A DNA stretch of 63,926 nucleotides, filler included, from Octopus bimaculoides (GCF_001194135.2; 8 parts of 8 records of this genome joined end to end with filler, not necessarily neighbours in it), one strand, 5' to 3'; counted from the whole stretch's first letter, positions 12,117 through 25,192 are shown. Translations and numbers: made by a program. The notes: a model not told the origin generated them from the letters alone.

Positions 12117-12726
12117 CGGTGTGAGAGGATGATTAAGCAATAGTTAGTTTAGTTAAGATAGGAAATATAGAGTGAATGTAGGGATATTGTAATTGTAAAT
12201 ATATTGTTTAGGCAGAATGGTATACATATAAGATTCCAGTACCTTGTGAGTAAAGTCCAATTGTTTTTAAGATTGGTCGTTAGCTTTGTAAATCCATTAT
12301 TAAGATTCCAACTCATAGGGTATTGGAATCTTAATAATGGATTTACAAAGCCAACGACTGCATTGTTCTATTAAATGGAGCCGTTTGAAACGGTTGTACT
12401 GCATCACCTCTGGATATCCTGTTGCTTATTTTGATTTTATTCACTTTATTTTGAAGTTGTACGGTTAATACCGCACTAATTTTTGGTGCTTCAATTAAAG
12501 TACCTAATTAGGTACTTCAACTTACGTACCTAATTCATGAATTAGGTACTTAAGTACCTAATTCATCTCTCTGTATATATATATATATATATATANNNNN
12601 NNNNNNNNNNNNNNNNNNNNNNNNNNNNNNNNNNNNNNNNNNNNNNNNNNNNNNNNNNNNNNNNNNNNNNNNNNNNNNNNNNNNNNNNNNNNNNNNNNAT
12701 GTATATATATATATGTACGTATGTGT

Positions 12727-12762
<36 letters not shown>

Positions 12763-13322
12763 ATAATATAAGACAATCAGTAAGCTGTCATAATAGGACT
12801 CAGAGTTTCAAATGCCGGAGCTAAGAGCTACGATGCATTATCTTTTATACTTTACATATTTTGCTCTTTTCACTTGTTGGATGGCGGCTATGCTTGGACA
12901 TACCCTTGAAGGGTTTAGTCGAACATATCGACCCAATAACTTATTTTCTAAGGCAGATAATTATTCTATCGATTTTTTTTTCTTCAACAGTTAACTTAAA
13001 TAGTGGTAAATAACAAACACAAACACACATGTATATCAGTGTACATGTATAAACATATACGTCTATGTGTATCTATGAATACTTAAAAAATTATTTCAGT
13101 ATATAAATGTATGAGTGTATGAACACGTATCATTTATATATACACATCATCTCTGGTAATGTACCTAGGTACATAAATGTTTCTGTAAAGTCTAGGCATA
13201 CGTGTATGCAAACACACATACATACACACATACACGTACATACATATTATATATACATATATACGTATACATATACATGCATACATGTATATGCATACAT
13301 ATACATATGAACATATATATAT

Positions 13323-13365
<43 letters not shown>

Positions 13366-13366
13366 C

Positions 13367-13411
<45 letters not shown>

Positions 13412-13711
13412 CATTCTTTCCCCTCTGTGTATAAATTCATAAGCAGTCTCACATTTCTTTGAGTAGTAACGAGGTTGCCAATCCTCTTGTCAACAGTGGT
13501 GTGTCTTGTCATCCGTATCTGAATTTCTTCTTAATTTCTTAAATTCTGGCTCTACATATAATAACTTCTCACTTATTTCCTATGCCAGCGACATTTCCAT
13601 CCAAAAATTGATGGGTTGTAAATTTCACAACACATTCCATATATGTATGTGAATGTATGTGTGCTTGTATGCGTCTGTGTATACGCACAAACATAATATA
13701 AATATGTATGC

Positions 13712-13749
<38 letters not shown>

Positions 13750-16149
13750 NNNNNNNNNNNNNNNNNNNNNNNNNNNNNNNNNNNNNNNNNNNNNNNNNNN
13801 NNNNNNNNNNNNNNNNNNNNNNNNNNNNNNNNNNNNNNNNNNNNNNNNNNNNNNNNNNNNNNNNNNNNNNNNNNNNNNNNNNNNNNNNNNNNNNNNNNNN
13901 NNNNNNNNNNNNNNNNNNNNNNNNNNNNNNNNNNNNNNNNNNNNNNNNNNNNNNNNNNNNNNNNNNNNNNNNNNNNNNNNNNNNNNNNNNNNNNNNNNNN
14001 NNNNNNNNNNNNNNNNNNNNNNNNNNNNNNNNNNNNNNNNNNNNNNNNNNNNNNNNNNNNNNNNNNNNNNNNNNNNNNNNNNNNNNNNNNNNNNNNNNNN
14101 NNNNNNNNNNNNNNNNNNNNNNNNNNNNNNNNNNNNNNNNNNNNNNNNNNNNNNNNNNNNNNNNNNNNNNNNNNNNNNNNNNNNNNNNNNNNNNNNNNNN
14201 NNNNNNNNNNNNNNNNNNNNNNNNNNNNNNNNNNNNNNNNNNNNNNNNNNNNNNNNNNNNNNNNNNNNNNNNNNNNNNNNNNNNNNNNNNNNNNNNNNNN
14301 NNNNNNNNNNNNNNNNNNNNNNNNNNNNNNNNNNNNNNNNNNNNNNNNNNNNNNNNNNNNNNNNNNNNNNNNNNNNNNNNNNNNNNNNNNNNNNNNNNNN
14401 NNNNNNNNNNNNNNNNNNNNNNNNNNNNNNNNNNNNNNNNNNNNNNNNNNNNNNNNNNNNNNNNNNNNNNNNNNNNNNNNNNNNNNNNNNNNNNNNNNNN
14501 NNNNNNNNNNNNNNNNNNNNNNNNNNNNNNNNNNNNNNNNNNNNNNNNNNNNNNNNNNNNNNNNNNNNNNNNNNNNNNNNNNNNNNNNNNNNNNNNNNNN
14601 NNNNNNNNNNNNNNNNNNNNNNNNNNNNNNNNNNNNNNNNNNNNNNNNNNNNNNNNNNNNNNNNNNNNNNNNNNNNNNNNNNNNNNNNNNNNNNNNNNNN
14701 NNNNNNNNNNNNNNNNNNNNNNNTATATATTTTAAATTTACAGAAAACAAAAGACGAAGTCAGGTGTATAAACAACAAACAGGTATATTAGTTTGACGCT
14801 CGGAAAAGTGAGAGAGTCTCTTACATTCCAAGCCTGCGCTCGTCAACAGAAAGGAATACGAGGAAATATACAGAGAGAAAATAAAATAAAGAACTTATGG
14901 ATTTAGCCATCACTGATGCCGACTATATATACATATACATACATGTGTATGTAAGTATATCTGCATGTATGTATATAATATATATGAGGACGTTTTTGCT
15001 CCATACCAATTATAATTGATTAATATAACATATATATATATGAAAAACTTTAATAAAAAAGATTCAGTTTGAACATATCCTTTTACAAGTCAAGAATTCA
15101 TCTTTTGTTCATTAAATGTTCTTCTATATTCTGCTGCGGTTACCATTAGCCAACAGATGTGTGTAATAGTGATCGATAGCCATGAGAAAAAAGCACCTAA
15201 AATGGCTTAACTTTCTCTAAAGGAATATCGACCGACTGAGAAAGTATATTGCTTACTTAGAATTATGATTTAGTCTCAATTGAATAGCAAATTCATTAAC
15301 TGCCAGTCGCATCTTTATGATAGATTATCTGAAGTCTATGTACACTATCGACAAGAGACACTAACGAGCGAATTAATTACATTCATACACGAAATGAGAG
15401 GAGTAAGTGAAAAAGTTTGTTTAAAATCACTGGAACGTAAGGCCATTAGTAGCATCTTTGCATTAAACTTGAAAGCGGCATATCACAGATATAAGGGTTT
15501 GAAAGGATATACAATTAAGGCAGTGAAGCTCCCTCTCAAATATGACTTTTGTGGGTAAGGATCTTGAATGTATACAAACAACACAAGTGTAATGCCATGT
15601 GTTTAAATGAGGTATTGGACGATTAGTGTGCGCACGTCTTTCCTAAAACTTATAATCACGAGTGGAAACATTGTACTGGTTGTTGCAAAACCACCTAAAC
15701 ACAATGTCATCTGGGAGTGAACTGAGAATTGGTTATTAGTTCAGAAATCTTATGTTCGGCAGGACAATCATTGCTGGCTTCAAAACGCTGAGCTTAATTT
15801 ACCAGGTTCGCAGGCAGTTGAACATACAGCACTAGTAACTAAAAAATTAGAAGATGTGTGTGGTCAAATTCTACACGCCATAGCGTACCTCGATGTAATG
15901 TAAAAATAGACAGGTGGCCTAAATGCATTCCTTGAGGGTTGCTGCAAAACACAATGTCGTAACTGATGGACAAACAAGAGGAAAGAAATGTATTTGGGTC
16001 TCATCAACAAAGATGTCCTATTTGGCTTCTCATCAACAAAAATGTCCTACACGTGAAACAGCTTCTGCTGACTGTGCAGCTTTACTATAAAACTGCTAAA
16101 GTCGATACCATTAAGAGACTAACAACAACGTAGTTCACAGAAGTATCAA

Positions 16150-17545
16150 TAAAGGTTAAAGCTACTCTTATAGTCATTAACAGAATTAGATTATCAACAG
16201 AAATATTCCAGGGTGACAGCATACTTGCAATGCTTTCCGATTTAGTAGCAAAGTCACAGTCAGCTCCGTTAGGAAATGCAAAATTTACATGATAGGATTT
16301 GCAAATGAAAAATAAAATAATTAATGTCACCCTCACTTTTTTCACAGGTGGCCTGTATTAGTGTAATATTCAAGTCACTAAGAGTCAGAAATGATTACAT
16401 TATCATTGGACAAGAAATCAAGTTTGATCTGGATAAGTGTTCATATTTGGTGATCAAATAACGAAATATTATCGACCAGGCAATGAATATAGATACTATT
16501 GGATTCTTTATCTCCTTTCTCCAATGATGAATGTTTCAAATACCTCAGAATTAACGAGTGTATTGTATTTGTTGACGTAATCAGTAAAGCTAGAATGACA
16601 AAAGAACACTTTAGCAACCTTAAGAAGATATGGAAATCAGTACTGTCTGCATTCAATAAAGCCATGTTATCTCACAATGCTTTGAATATATCCGCATATT
16701 GAACATCAGAACAAGAAAGATACTAACAACGCCTGCTAACTTCTTCATCAACAGTGACACTGACAGGTTCAATGTTAAACGAAGTGATGGAAAGAGAGGT
16801 ATAAGTCTAAACGGCTTTTGTATATCCCATCGTGTCATGAGTGCATCACGTGTACACTCAAGGGCGAAGACAGTAACTACACGAAATTAAAGGATAACTC
16901 CTGAATAGGCATTTTTACCATGTGAACCAAGTGTGGCTGAACTAACTTATTTAATCAGAGATTTAGAGAAGAACGTTATCATACCAGCAGAACGTTATGT
17001 ATGGTGCATAACCTGCAAGTGCCTGTGATAAACGCATCATATCTCGCTTTTGCTGTACAAGAAAACGAAATGTGAACTAAATACTTAATCGATATTTTGT
17101 GATAGAAAATGTCGATGAGCGGAAGATATTACCCCTATCAGCAGCAGCTGTCCAAAAATGTCCGCAAGATACTACCGTCCGATAAAATATGTCATTGTCG
17201 CTAAAATAGTTCACAATGTTATGCGCAAAAGATTCCCTTGCAGGCCATTCCAAAGGCATGCTTGGATCACAATATATTCACACCGTTAAAAATAAAGAAT
17301 GCTGGAGGAAATATCCCACGAAAATAGAAACCCATTCTAAATACCACAGGTCACATATTTTCAACGGGAGGAGGAAGAAAATCATGTACTATTTTACAGA
17401 TCAGTTACAGGCAGATACGAATGCTTCGTTAAAAGTTTGGGAAAGAGAGAACATTTATGGAGAGCTAATATGAAATTTATAACTCGCATATCTTGGCTAT
17501 ATATTTTCATTTGTACAAATTATCATAGGTGCACAAAGCTATGGA
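16150..17545 (+). mobile_element. Highly degenerate R4/Dong-type (RLE) non-LTR retrotransposon fragment
   Basis: Motifs occur in the expected order: IFQGDS (16203-20), KFDLDKC, KKIWKS.LS..NK, DRFNVKRSDGKRGI (cf. RLY..R..GGRGL), FAVQEN, VAKIVHN, D..A..K..E....Y.EL and IIIGA. Many stops and frameshifts; the left boundary is uncertain. Confidence 0.65.
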
Positions 17546-18132
17546 GCACATATTTGCATAAAAGCCTAGAAATGCTGGGTTTTATCAAATTGATAAAGAA
17601 TGATTATCAGTTATAGAATGTAGATTATGAAATCAAATTACATTGGCAAATCTTCCGAGATGTGTAGCTCTCATTCGTAACTTTACTGAATTAATAATAG
17701 TGTTGCCGTCACTGGTTCAACAACAACTGTGTTAAATTGGTTAAGAAATAAATTTATATATTTCCTATTAGGAGGAGGAAAGCCTCATAAACAAAGAGAA
17801 TGATTTTAGTGCTAACAAAGCATCTCAGAATAGAGTTGTATAGACAAAACTATCGGGTTACAGAGAGCGCAGCATGGTGTTCCCATGATTAATCGCATAA
17901 TTGTATTGTTACCCTGTTGATTATAGGCTACGCTTATGGAAGAAGGTTAGTACACACACATATACACAATCACATATATATACACAACTACATACATATG
18001 CATAATGATATACATCCTTACACACATATACGTTCTTATATACATATATATTTAGATACATGCGTATAAACTATACACCTAAAATTGATATTTACTCTCT
18101 GACGAGCATATTTACGTATATTTGCACTTATT

Positions 18133-18173
<41 letters not shown>

Positions 18174-18414
18174 CACGTCTACACATACAGGCATAAATAT
18201 AAATTTATACCTCTACCAACACACGCGTACATATGGACGCACGCATACACAAAGAGCTTTGCGTGTCTGTGTGCGCACGCGCGTACAAGGTGAAATTCCA
18301 TAAACTTTGAGACGTACTATGCGAGGTAGTTATAAATGTCCTACATTATTGTAATTTTAGTACATCATTACTATACATTTAATAAGCTGATCTGGCAACT
18401 TATTTATTCTAGAT

Positions 18415-21032
18415 CAGTGGTTTTCAACCAGGGTTCCGTGGAACGTTAGGGTTCCGCCAGTACAGTCCAGGGGTTCCGCAAGAAGTTACATAAATGCTAA
18501 AATCGACAGTAATTTTTAATTCTCCTGTTCAGATATGTGTGTACATGTTAGGCCTACGTGTACATCTACGAGTTGCACGCCATCGTAGATGACCCTGATC
18601 CTTGGTGTATACATGTACGTGCACATCTACGAGTTGCATGCCAGCTTAGATGATAGTTTAGTTTTCTTTTGTAAAATACGAGTGACTATATTTGGAAGAA
18701 ACGTGTTAACTGCGTAAGCCATTTAGGTGTTGTTGTTAATCCGCCTTTTAAAAGATCTTTAGCTTTTTAAAAGGCGTTTTTGTAAAATGTTTTTCTTGTA
18801 TGACGTCTATTAATATTTGGTCAAATATTAAGATTAAAAAATTCGAAAGAATTAAATATGCAGAAAAGAAAATAGGAAATAGGGAAACTGATCCTAAATT
18901 ATAAGATATGTAAATATGCATAAATATTAATTCCTTACAAATTTCTAAATTAGAACATTTTAAATTCAAATCCGAAAATCTATTTTATTATTATATGTAT
19001 ATTGTTTAAATATAATGAAATACCTATTACTAAAAAAAAAAACATTAATAAAAAAGCTAAATTTTACATAATTAAACTCGCTTCATTTTAAAGATCATTT
19101 TGTCCTACCACTATTAGGTTTGCTTTTATATATATACAATTCTGCTTACAGCCTTACAAGTATGGATAAACTTCTGAAAAAACGTAAGTTAGATACAGAT
19201 GAAGAGACGCAGGGTCTGAGGCAGTCTCTTGAAGCTGCAGCCACTGCCAGTGATGCCTCTTCGAAATTACCAAGAAATGATAGAATTAACCTGCAACTAA
19301 AAGTTCGTCAATATTGTGAAAACTACATAACTCTGGGATTTACTTGGACTGGAAACCCAAACTTCCCTTCACCTTTGTGTACTGTTTGTGGGGTGAAGCT
19401 GGCTAATAGTGCTTTGGCACCAGCCAAACTGAAACGACATTTAACAACAAAACATCCATAGTTGTCAGGCAAAAATGAACAATATTTTAAAAGAGAACTG
19501 GCATTTAATAAAAGGCAAGTTTCTATGTTTTCCAAAAAGTTCAAGTTGAGTGACAAAGGACAAGAAGCAAGTTATGCTGTGGCGGAGATTATGCTGTTGC
19601 AAGAAAAATGAAATCTCATACCATCGCTGAAACTCTAATTTTACCTGCATGCCAAGAAATAGTGAGGATGATGTTTGGAGAGGATGCTGTATCAGAGCTA
19701 AATAAAATTCCACTTTCTGACAACACAATAAGTAGGCGCATTCAAGACATGTCAGGAGACATTGAGTGCAATATTAAATCAAAAATACTGAAATATAAGT
19801 TGTTTGCACTTCAAGTTGATGAAAGTACAGACGTCACTGGTTAGGCACAGCTCCTTGTATTTGTTCGTTTTATTAATCATGAAGCTATTGTAGAAGACTT
19901 CCTGTGTTGCAAAGAGTTGCCAGAAACAAGAAAAGGACAAGATGTATTTGATGTTTTGAATTCACATTTAAAGTATTGTGGATTGAACTGGAAAAACTGT
20001 GTTGGTATTTGTACAGATGGTGTCCCTGCAATGACAGGATGTCTTAAAGGCTTTGTCCCAATCGCACAAAAACAAAATCCAAATATTATCCATACTCATT
20101 GTTTCATTCATAGAGAAGTACCAGTTGCTAAAACTCTTGAACCTGAACTAAAATCCGCATTGGTAGTGAAAATAGTCAATTACATCAAGATGAGGCCACT
20201 TAAATGTCGACAGTTCGCGAAACTTTGTGTGGGTATGGAAGCAAACCATTCCACCTTAATCCAGCACACAAAAATACGATGGTTGTCAAGGGGAAAAGTA
20301 TTGTCTCATTTTTACGAATTAAGAGAAGAGTTATTGACCTTTTGTTTGCAAGAAAACCTGAAAGACTTTGTAGAATGTTTGAGTGATGACCGTTGGTATT
20401 CCAAGTTAGCATATCTTGCCGATATATTTCATGAGCTAGACCTCTTGAACAATGGCATGCAGGGTAGGAACGAAAATATCTTGTCTTCCACTGAAAAAAT
20501 AAATGCTTGTCAGAAGAAACTGACAGAGTGGAGAAAACGCATAGCTGCTGAAAATTTGGAAATGTTTCCAAGTGTTTTTAAAAGGAATTGGCAAGAAATT
20601 GCGCTACTGATTTTGAACCATTTGCACACTTTGTTAACAAATCTTGATAAATATTTTCCATCGATATCTGTTGACCAGTACGACTGGATTAGAAACCCAT
20701 TTGTGGTATTTGAGTCATTTGAAGAACAGTTCACATTAACAAAAGAAGAACATGCCTGTGTTTTAAATAACAAAACATTAAAGTTGAACCATTCTGAGCT
20801 TAACCTGAATGCATTTTGGTTGCTGATTGAAAAGGAATATCCTGCAATTGTCCAGAAAGCGCTGCGACTTCGTGTGCAGTTTGCAACCTCCTACTTGTGT
20901 GAATTTGGATTTTCAGCCCTGAAAACCATCAAGCACAAGAAGCGAGCACAATTGTTGTCTGGGGAAGATGAACTTCATGTGTGTCTTGCGCAAGAAACAT
21001 CAGACTCAAGTTTCTCATCGAGTTTTTGTTGA
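18415..21032 (+). mobile_element. hAT transposon (Buster/Charlie group), decayed, right end not found
   Basis: Left terminus CAGTGGTTTTCAACC preceded by TTCTAGAT (nnnTAnnn target pattern). Subterminal GGGTTCCG repeats at 18431, 18449 and 18471. Transposase remnant follows. Confidence 0.88.
19162..21027 (+). pseudogene. hAT/Buster transposase pseudogene
   Basis: BED finger CTVC...KLKRHLTTKH; LQVDESTD, CTDG.PAM, HCFIHRE, RWLSRG and CEFGFS motifs. In-frame stops at 19459-61 and 19842-44, a frameshift near 19600 and a disrupted C-terminus. Confidence 0.92.
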
Positions 21033-21429
21033 GAATAAATATAATCTATTCAAACTAAAGTTTTTTAAATACATGTTTTAATAATAACTGTAGATGGAAG
21101 AATAAAATTCCATATGTACGTGACAATTTTTTATGTTAGTGTTGATTTGTAGGTTCGATTCTGGTTGGGGTTAACTCATCGTTTTTCAGTCATTTGTTTG
21201 CATTTAAAAATTATCGTTTCAAATCGGAAAATAAGATATTATTATGATATATTATTATACAGTAGTATATATATGCGTGTGTGGGTGGGGTGGTGGTGGT
21301 GTATACACATACATAGTTATATAAAAGTACCAACGTATATCACCATACTGCAGGTATGTATACCAATATGCAAAGGGAAACAGCAATGTTTAGTGGACGA
21401 TTGGTAGGTTGTTTCGGGGCCTAGATATT

Positions 21430-21945
21430 ATTGCCCACTTTGTTGCGTTTCGGTTGATAACACAGTTTCGCTATATGTTTAGCCAGCTCCATTCTGGAAA
21501 TTTTTCTCTCGTAGGTGCTTTTCGATCTGGACGACCAAGTTCTGTCATTATTCTGAAAACTGTAGTTGCGAAAATCCAAAGCAAATTGCACACAAATTAG
21601 CAAAACAGTTCAATTCAGCTTACACTGTGATCATAAAACACCTGCATGAACAAGGAAAAATTTATAATACCTAATCAGCGGATCTCTCACCATTCGACCG
21701 CTTCTTAGTTTACTCAAAGTGTTGCTGCCTGTTCGTCATTGAAGAGTTGACCTGCTAATGAATTATCACAAGTGATGAAATGTTGGTTCTCCATAACCAG
21801 GGCCAACGAAACTGAGAATGGTTAGTAACTAATGGAAAAAGGAGAAACTATCCCCAAACCAGGAGTACACATGGAAAAACGAATGTTCTGTGCTTGTATG
21901 GTTATGAAGGACGTTATCTATTATAGGTTGTTGACTTGAAAAGAA
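21430..21945 (+). mobile_element. Degenerate mariner (Tc1/mariner) transposase remnant
   Basis: SGNFSL...RSGRP, ITSDE (cf. VTGDEKW) and KPGVHMEKRMFC...KDVIYYRLL (cf. KPGLHPKKVMLCVWW..KGVIYYELL); frameshifted. Confidence 0.7.
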
Positions 21946-21967
21946 AACCGTTATATATATATATATA

Positions 21968-22067
21968 NNNNNNNNNNNNNNNNNNNNNNNNNNNNNNNNN
22001 NNNNNNNNNNNTTAATTAATTAANNNNNNNNNNNNNNNNNNNNNNNNNNNNNNNNNNNNNNNNNNNN
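21968..22067. other. Artificial scaffold join
   Basis: 44 N + TTAATTAATTAA (22012-23) + 44 N. Confidence 0.95.
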
Positions 22068-22088
22068 GGTGGTGGTGGTGGTAGGTTG

Positions 22089-22138
<50 letters not shown>

Positions 22139-22714
22139 CAGAAAGGCAGACGGACAGATGAATATGCCTTACACACACACACACACACACACACTCAAAC
22201 ACACATTAACAGCAAATCACGCAAATAACTCACTCTCCTCTCCCTACCACCTTCACACTCCAGGCTCACACTCCGCCCTCTCACTCCACTTCTTCCACCC
22301 CACCCCCCTCAATCCACTCTCCTCCACACACCACGCATGCACGGAACATTCAGGATATCCTCTTTTAGGAACGAGTGATCCCTCATGTAAGGAAAGTCAT
22401 GATGGCCAACCACATTTTTTTTTTCATTTAATCGTTCACGCACGCAGCATACATACATACATATGTATGTATGTATGTATGTNNNNNNNNNNNNNNNNNN
22501 NNNNNNNNNNNNNNNNNNNNNNNNNNNNNNNNNNNNNNNNNNNNNNNNNNNNNNNNNNNNNNNNNNNNNNNNNNNNNNNNNNNNNNNNNNNNNNNNNNNN
22601 NNNNNNNNNNNNNNNNNNNNNNNNNNNNNNNNNNNNNNNNNNNNNNNNNNNNNNNNNNNNNNNNNNNNNNNNNNNNNNNNNNNNNNNNNNNNNNNNNNNN
22701 NNNNNNNNNNNNNN

Positions 22715-22927
22715 CTTTCTCTCACTCTTACTTCCTGTTTCTGTTGTGCCTGTAATTCAAAGGGGTCAGCCTTGTCACACTGTGTCACACTGAATCTCCC
22801 CCGAGAACTACGTTAAGGGTACACGTGTCTGTGGAGTGCTCTGCCACTTGCACGTTAATTTCACGAGCAGGCTGTTCCGTTGATCGGATCAACTGGAATC
22901 CTCGACGTCGTAACCGACGGAGTGCCA
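22715..22927 (+). mobile_element. SINE family A body
   Basis: Same body as 45-250; 5-prime part lies in a gap. Confidence 0.8.
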
Positions 22928-23028
22928 TATATGTGTGTGTGCCGAGAGTGATAAAAATCAAACATCGAGTCGACATCGAGTCACACACAACACGGAGGCC
23001 TACATCAAGTGTCTGTAGGAGATATATA

Positions 23029-23252
23029 TGGCACTCCGTCGGTTACGACGACGAGGGTTCCAGTTGAAGAAAGAGTGAGAGAATGTTGTGGTGAAAGAGT
23101 ACAGCAGGGTTCGCCACCACCCCCTGCCGGAGCCTCTTGGAGCTTTTAGGTGTTTTCACTCAATAAACACTCACAACGCCCGGTCTGGGAATCGAAACCG
23201 CGATCCTATGACCGCGAGTCCGCTGCCCTAACCACTGGGCCATTGCACCTCC
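23029..23252 (-). mobile_element. SINE family A, internally deleted copy with head
   Basis: Head GGAGGTGCAATGGCCCAGTGGTTAGGGCAGCGG...GGTTTCGATTCC; ctctttcttc is joined directly to aactggaaccctc. Confidence 0.8.
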
Positions 23253-23619
23253 ACAGTATGTGCGTATACACACACATATACACGCATATAAAGATTTTTT
23301 CTCGAGCTACCCGCTGATCGATTATCGTGTTATCCTGGAGTTTAGCCATCATGCAACCGTTTCCTTAATGAGAGGGCAAAAACCAGGACAATAAGGGACA
23401 GCTACTATCCATGGAAGGGGAATTTAAGGACGGTCGAACTTAAGAACGGACGCTAATAAGACGAGGGTTCTTAAAACGAGGCGTTTTAAGAACACAGACG
23501 CACACACAAAAACATACAAAACACACACACACATACAATTATGCACGCATGCACACAAACACACAAGGCGCGTGCATGCACGCATACAGTCTTTTAACCA
23601 CAAGTCAGCAGAAAATTCA

Positions 23620-23880
23620 TAGCGAGATGAAACGGGTGGCAGAAGTGCATGGTGAACAGTTGGAAGCTTTATTCTTAGGGTGAGGAATTATTACTGATGG
23701 TAGAAGTGGGGTGAATAATTGCACCTTGACAAAGCTGCTGATTAAAATTGAGATAATGAAACGGAGATGATTGCTTGGGTTGAGGTAATTGACGAAGCCC
23801 ATGGTGATAGAATGATAATGGTGTACAAGAGAAATTAGAAATACCTCAAATAGGAAAGAAAGCATGGCTAGAATTAGGCC
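23620..23880 (-). mobile_element. CR1/Jockey-type LINE RT N-terminal remnant
   Basis: SVIIPHPKNKAS...RFISL resembles the vIPipKk....snYRPISL motif. Confidence 0.45.
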
Positions 23881-23954
23881 ACGTTTATTTGAGTGCGTAT
23901 GCAAATGTACAGCAACAACAGATAAAAAGGTGGACAGAGAGAGAATGGGAACAG

Positions 23955-23995
23955 GTAGATAGATAGATAGATAGATAGATAAATAGATACATACA

Positions 23996-24027
<32 letters not shown>

Positions 24028-24086
24028 GGAAAGGGGGATAACTGGAGTAAAAGATAGATAGATAGATAGATAGATACATACATACA

Positions 24087-24118
<32 letters not shown>

Positions 24119-24149
24119 AGAAAGAGGGATAACTGGAGTAAAAGATAGG

Positions 24150-24209
<60 letters not shown>

Positions 24210-24250
24210 CAGATAGATAGACAGATAGATAGACAGATCGATCGATCGGT
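23955..24250. repeat. Compound (GATA)n/(CATA)n array with a duplicated spacer
   Basis: gggataactggagtaaaagatag occurs twice about 92 bp apart. Confidence 0.92.
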
Positions 24251-25192
24251 AGATACATTTTTTTTATTAGCCACAAAATGGCTCAATATAGAGGGGACAA
24301 TACAATGTAGAATTTTTTTTTTTTTTTTTTTGCAAAAATGCGAAAAATAAAAGGTAAGACAATCGATTATCGAAAAAAGGGCGATCGAAAGCGTTTTGTT
24401 AACAAAGTTGAAATTTCAAAAGGCGAAATTTTCGTGTTAACAAAGAAAACACAGGTAAGGTTGTCCGTGGGAAGAAAAAAATCTACGAAAAAGAACCACG
24501 GAGACCTTGGACATGGGATGGGCGTGACAAATTGGGAGCAAGGCCTCCACTCCCTCTTTCTCCGTTTGTTTTACAAGGTTATGCTCAGATTAGAAATAAT
24601 AACAGGACAAAACAACAGATGTCTTTCGACTACGAATGAATAAAATTAAGCTGGCGTGTATGGAAGTAAGGCCGTACAGCCGGGAAACGAGATTTCATAG
24701 GCACAGAGAGCAGCCGAAATTGTAAGGATAATCTGGATCTCGACTGAAGAGAGAAAACTCCGAATGACCTGTCCTTGTTTTCTTTGTATCGTCCATCTGG
24801 ATGTTTTGTCCCTTTCTTGTATCACCTAACTGTCTGGATGTTTTACGTTCTTGTCCCATTCTGTATTATATATATATATATTCTTTCTCCGTTCTTCCAT
24901 TCTCCGAACTTTCCATCTTTTCGACGAAGGGCTACGCCCNNNNNNNNNNNNNNNNNNNNNNNNNNNNNNNNNNNNNNNNNNNNNNNNNNNNNNNNNNNNN
25001 NNNNNNNNNNNNNNNNNNNNNNNNNNNNNNNNNNNNNNNNNNNNNNNNNNNNNNNNNNNNNNNNNNNNNNNNNNNNNNNNNNNNNNNNNNNNNNNNNNNN
25101 NNNNNNNNNNNNNNNNNNNNNNNNNNNNNNNNNNNNNNNNNNNNNNNNNNNNNNNNNNNNNNNNNNNNNNNNNNNNNNNNNNNNNNNNNNNN

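Noticed and set aside
10061-14796. Long ORFs in the track that span N runs (also 22158-22816, 24775-25432, 34792-35685, 39537-40208, 41409-42498, 46436-47065, 60462-60968 and 61958-63058)
   Set aside because: Artefacts of gaps lacking stop codons plus flanking (AT)/(AC) microsatellites.
14818-14850. Minus-strand TTGACGA gcgcaggc...GGAATGTA hammerhead-like string
   Set aside because: Core and stem III too degenerate to call.
16085-16345. 86-aa hydrophobic minus-strand ORF
   Set aside because: Antisense to the plus-strand R4/Dong RT motif IFQGDS.
24738-24778. CTGAAGA gagaaaactc cGAAT hammerhead-like string
   Set aside because: GAAA is broken and neither stem I nor the UH site can be formed; at most a decayed PLE-end motif.
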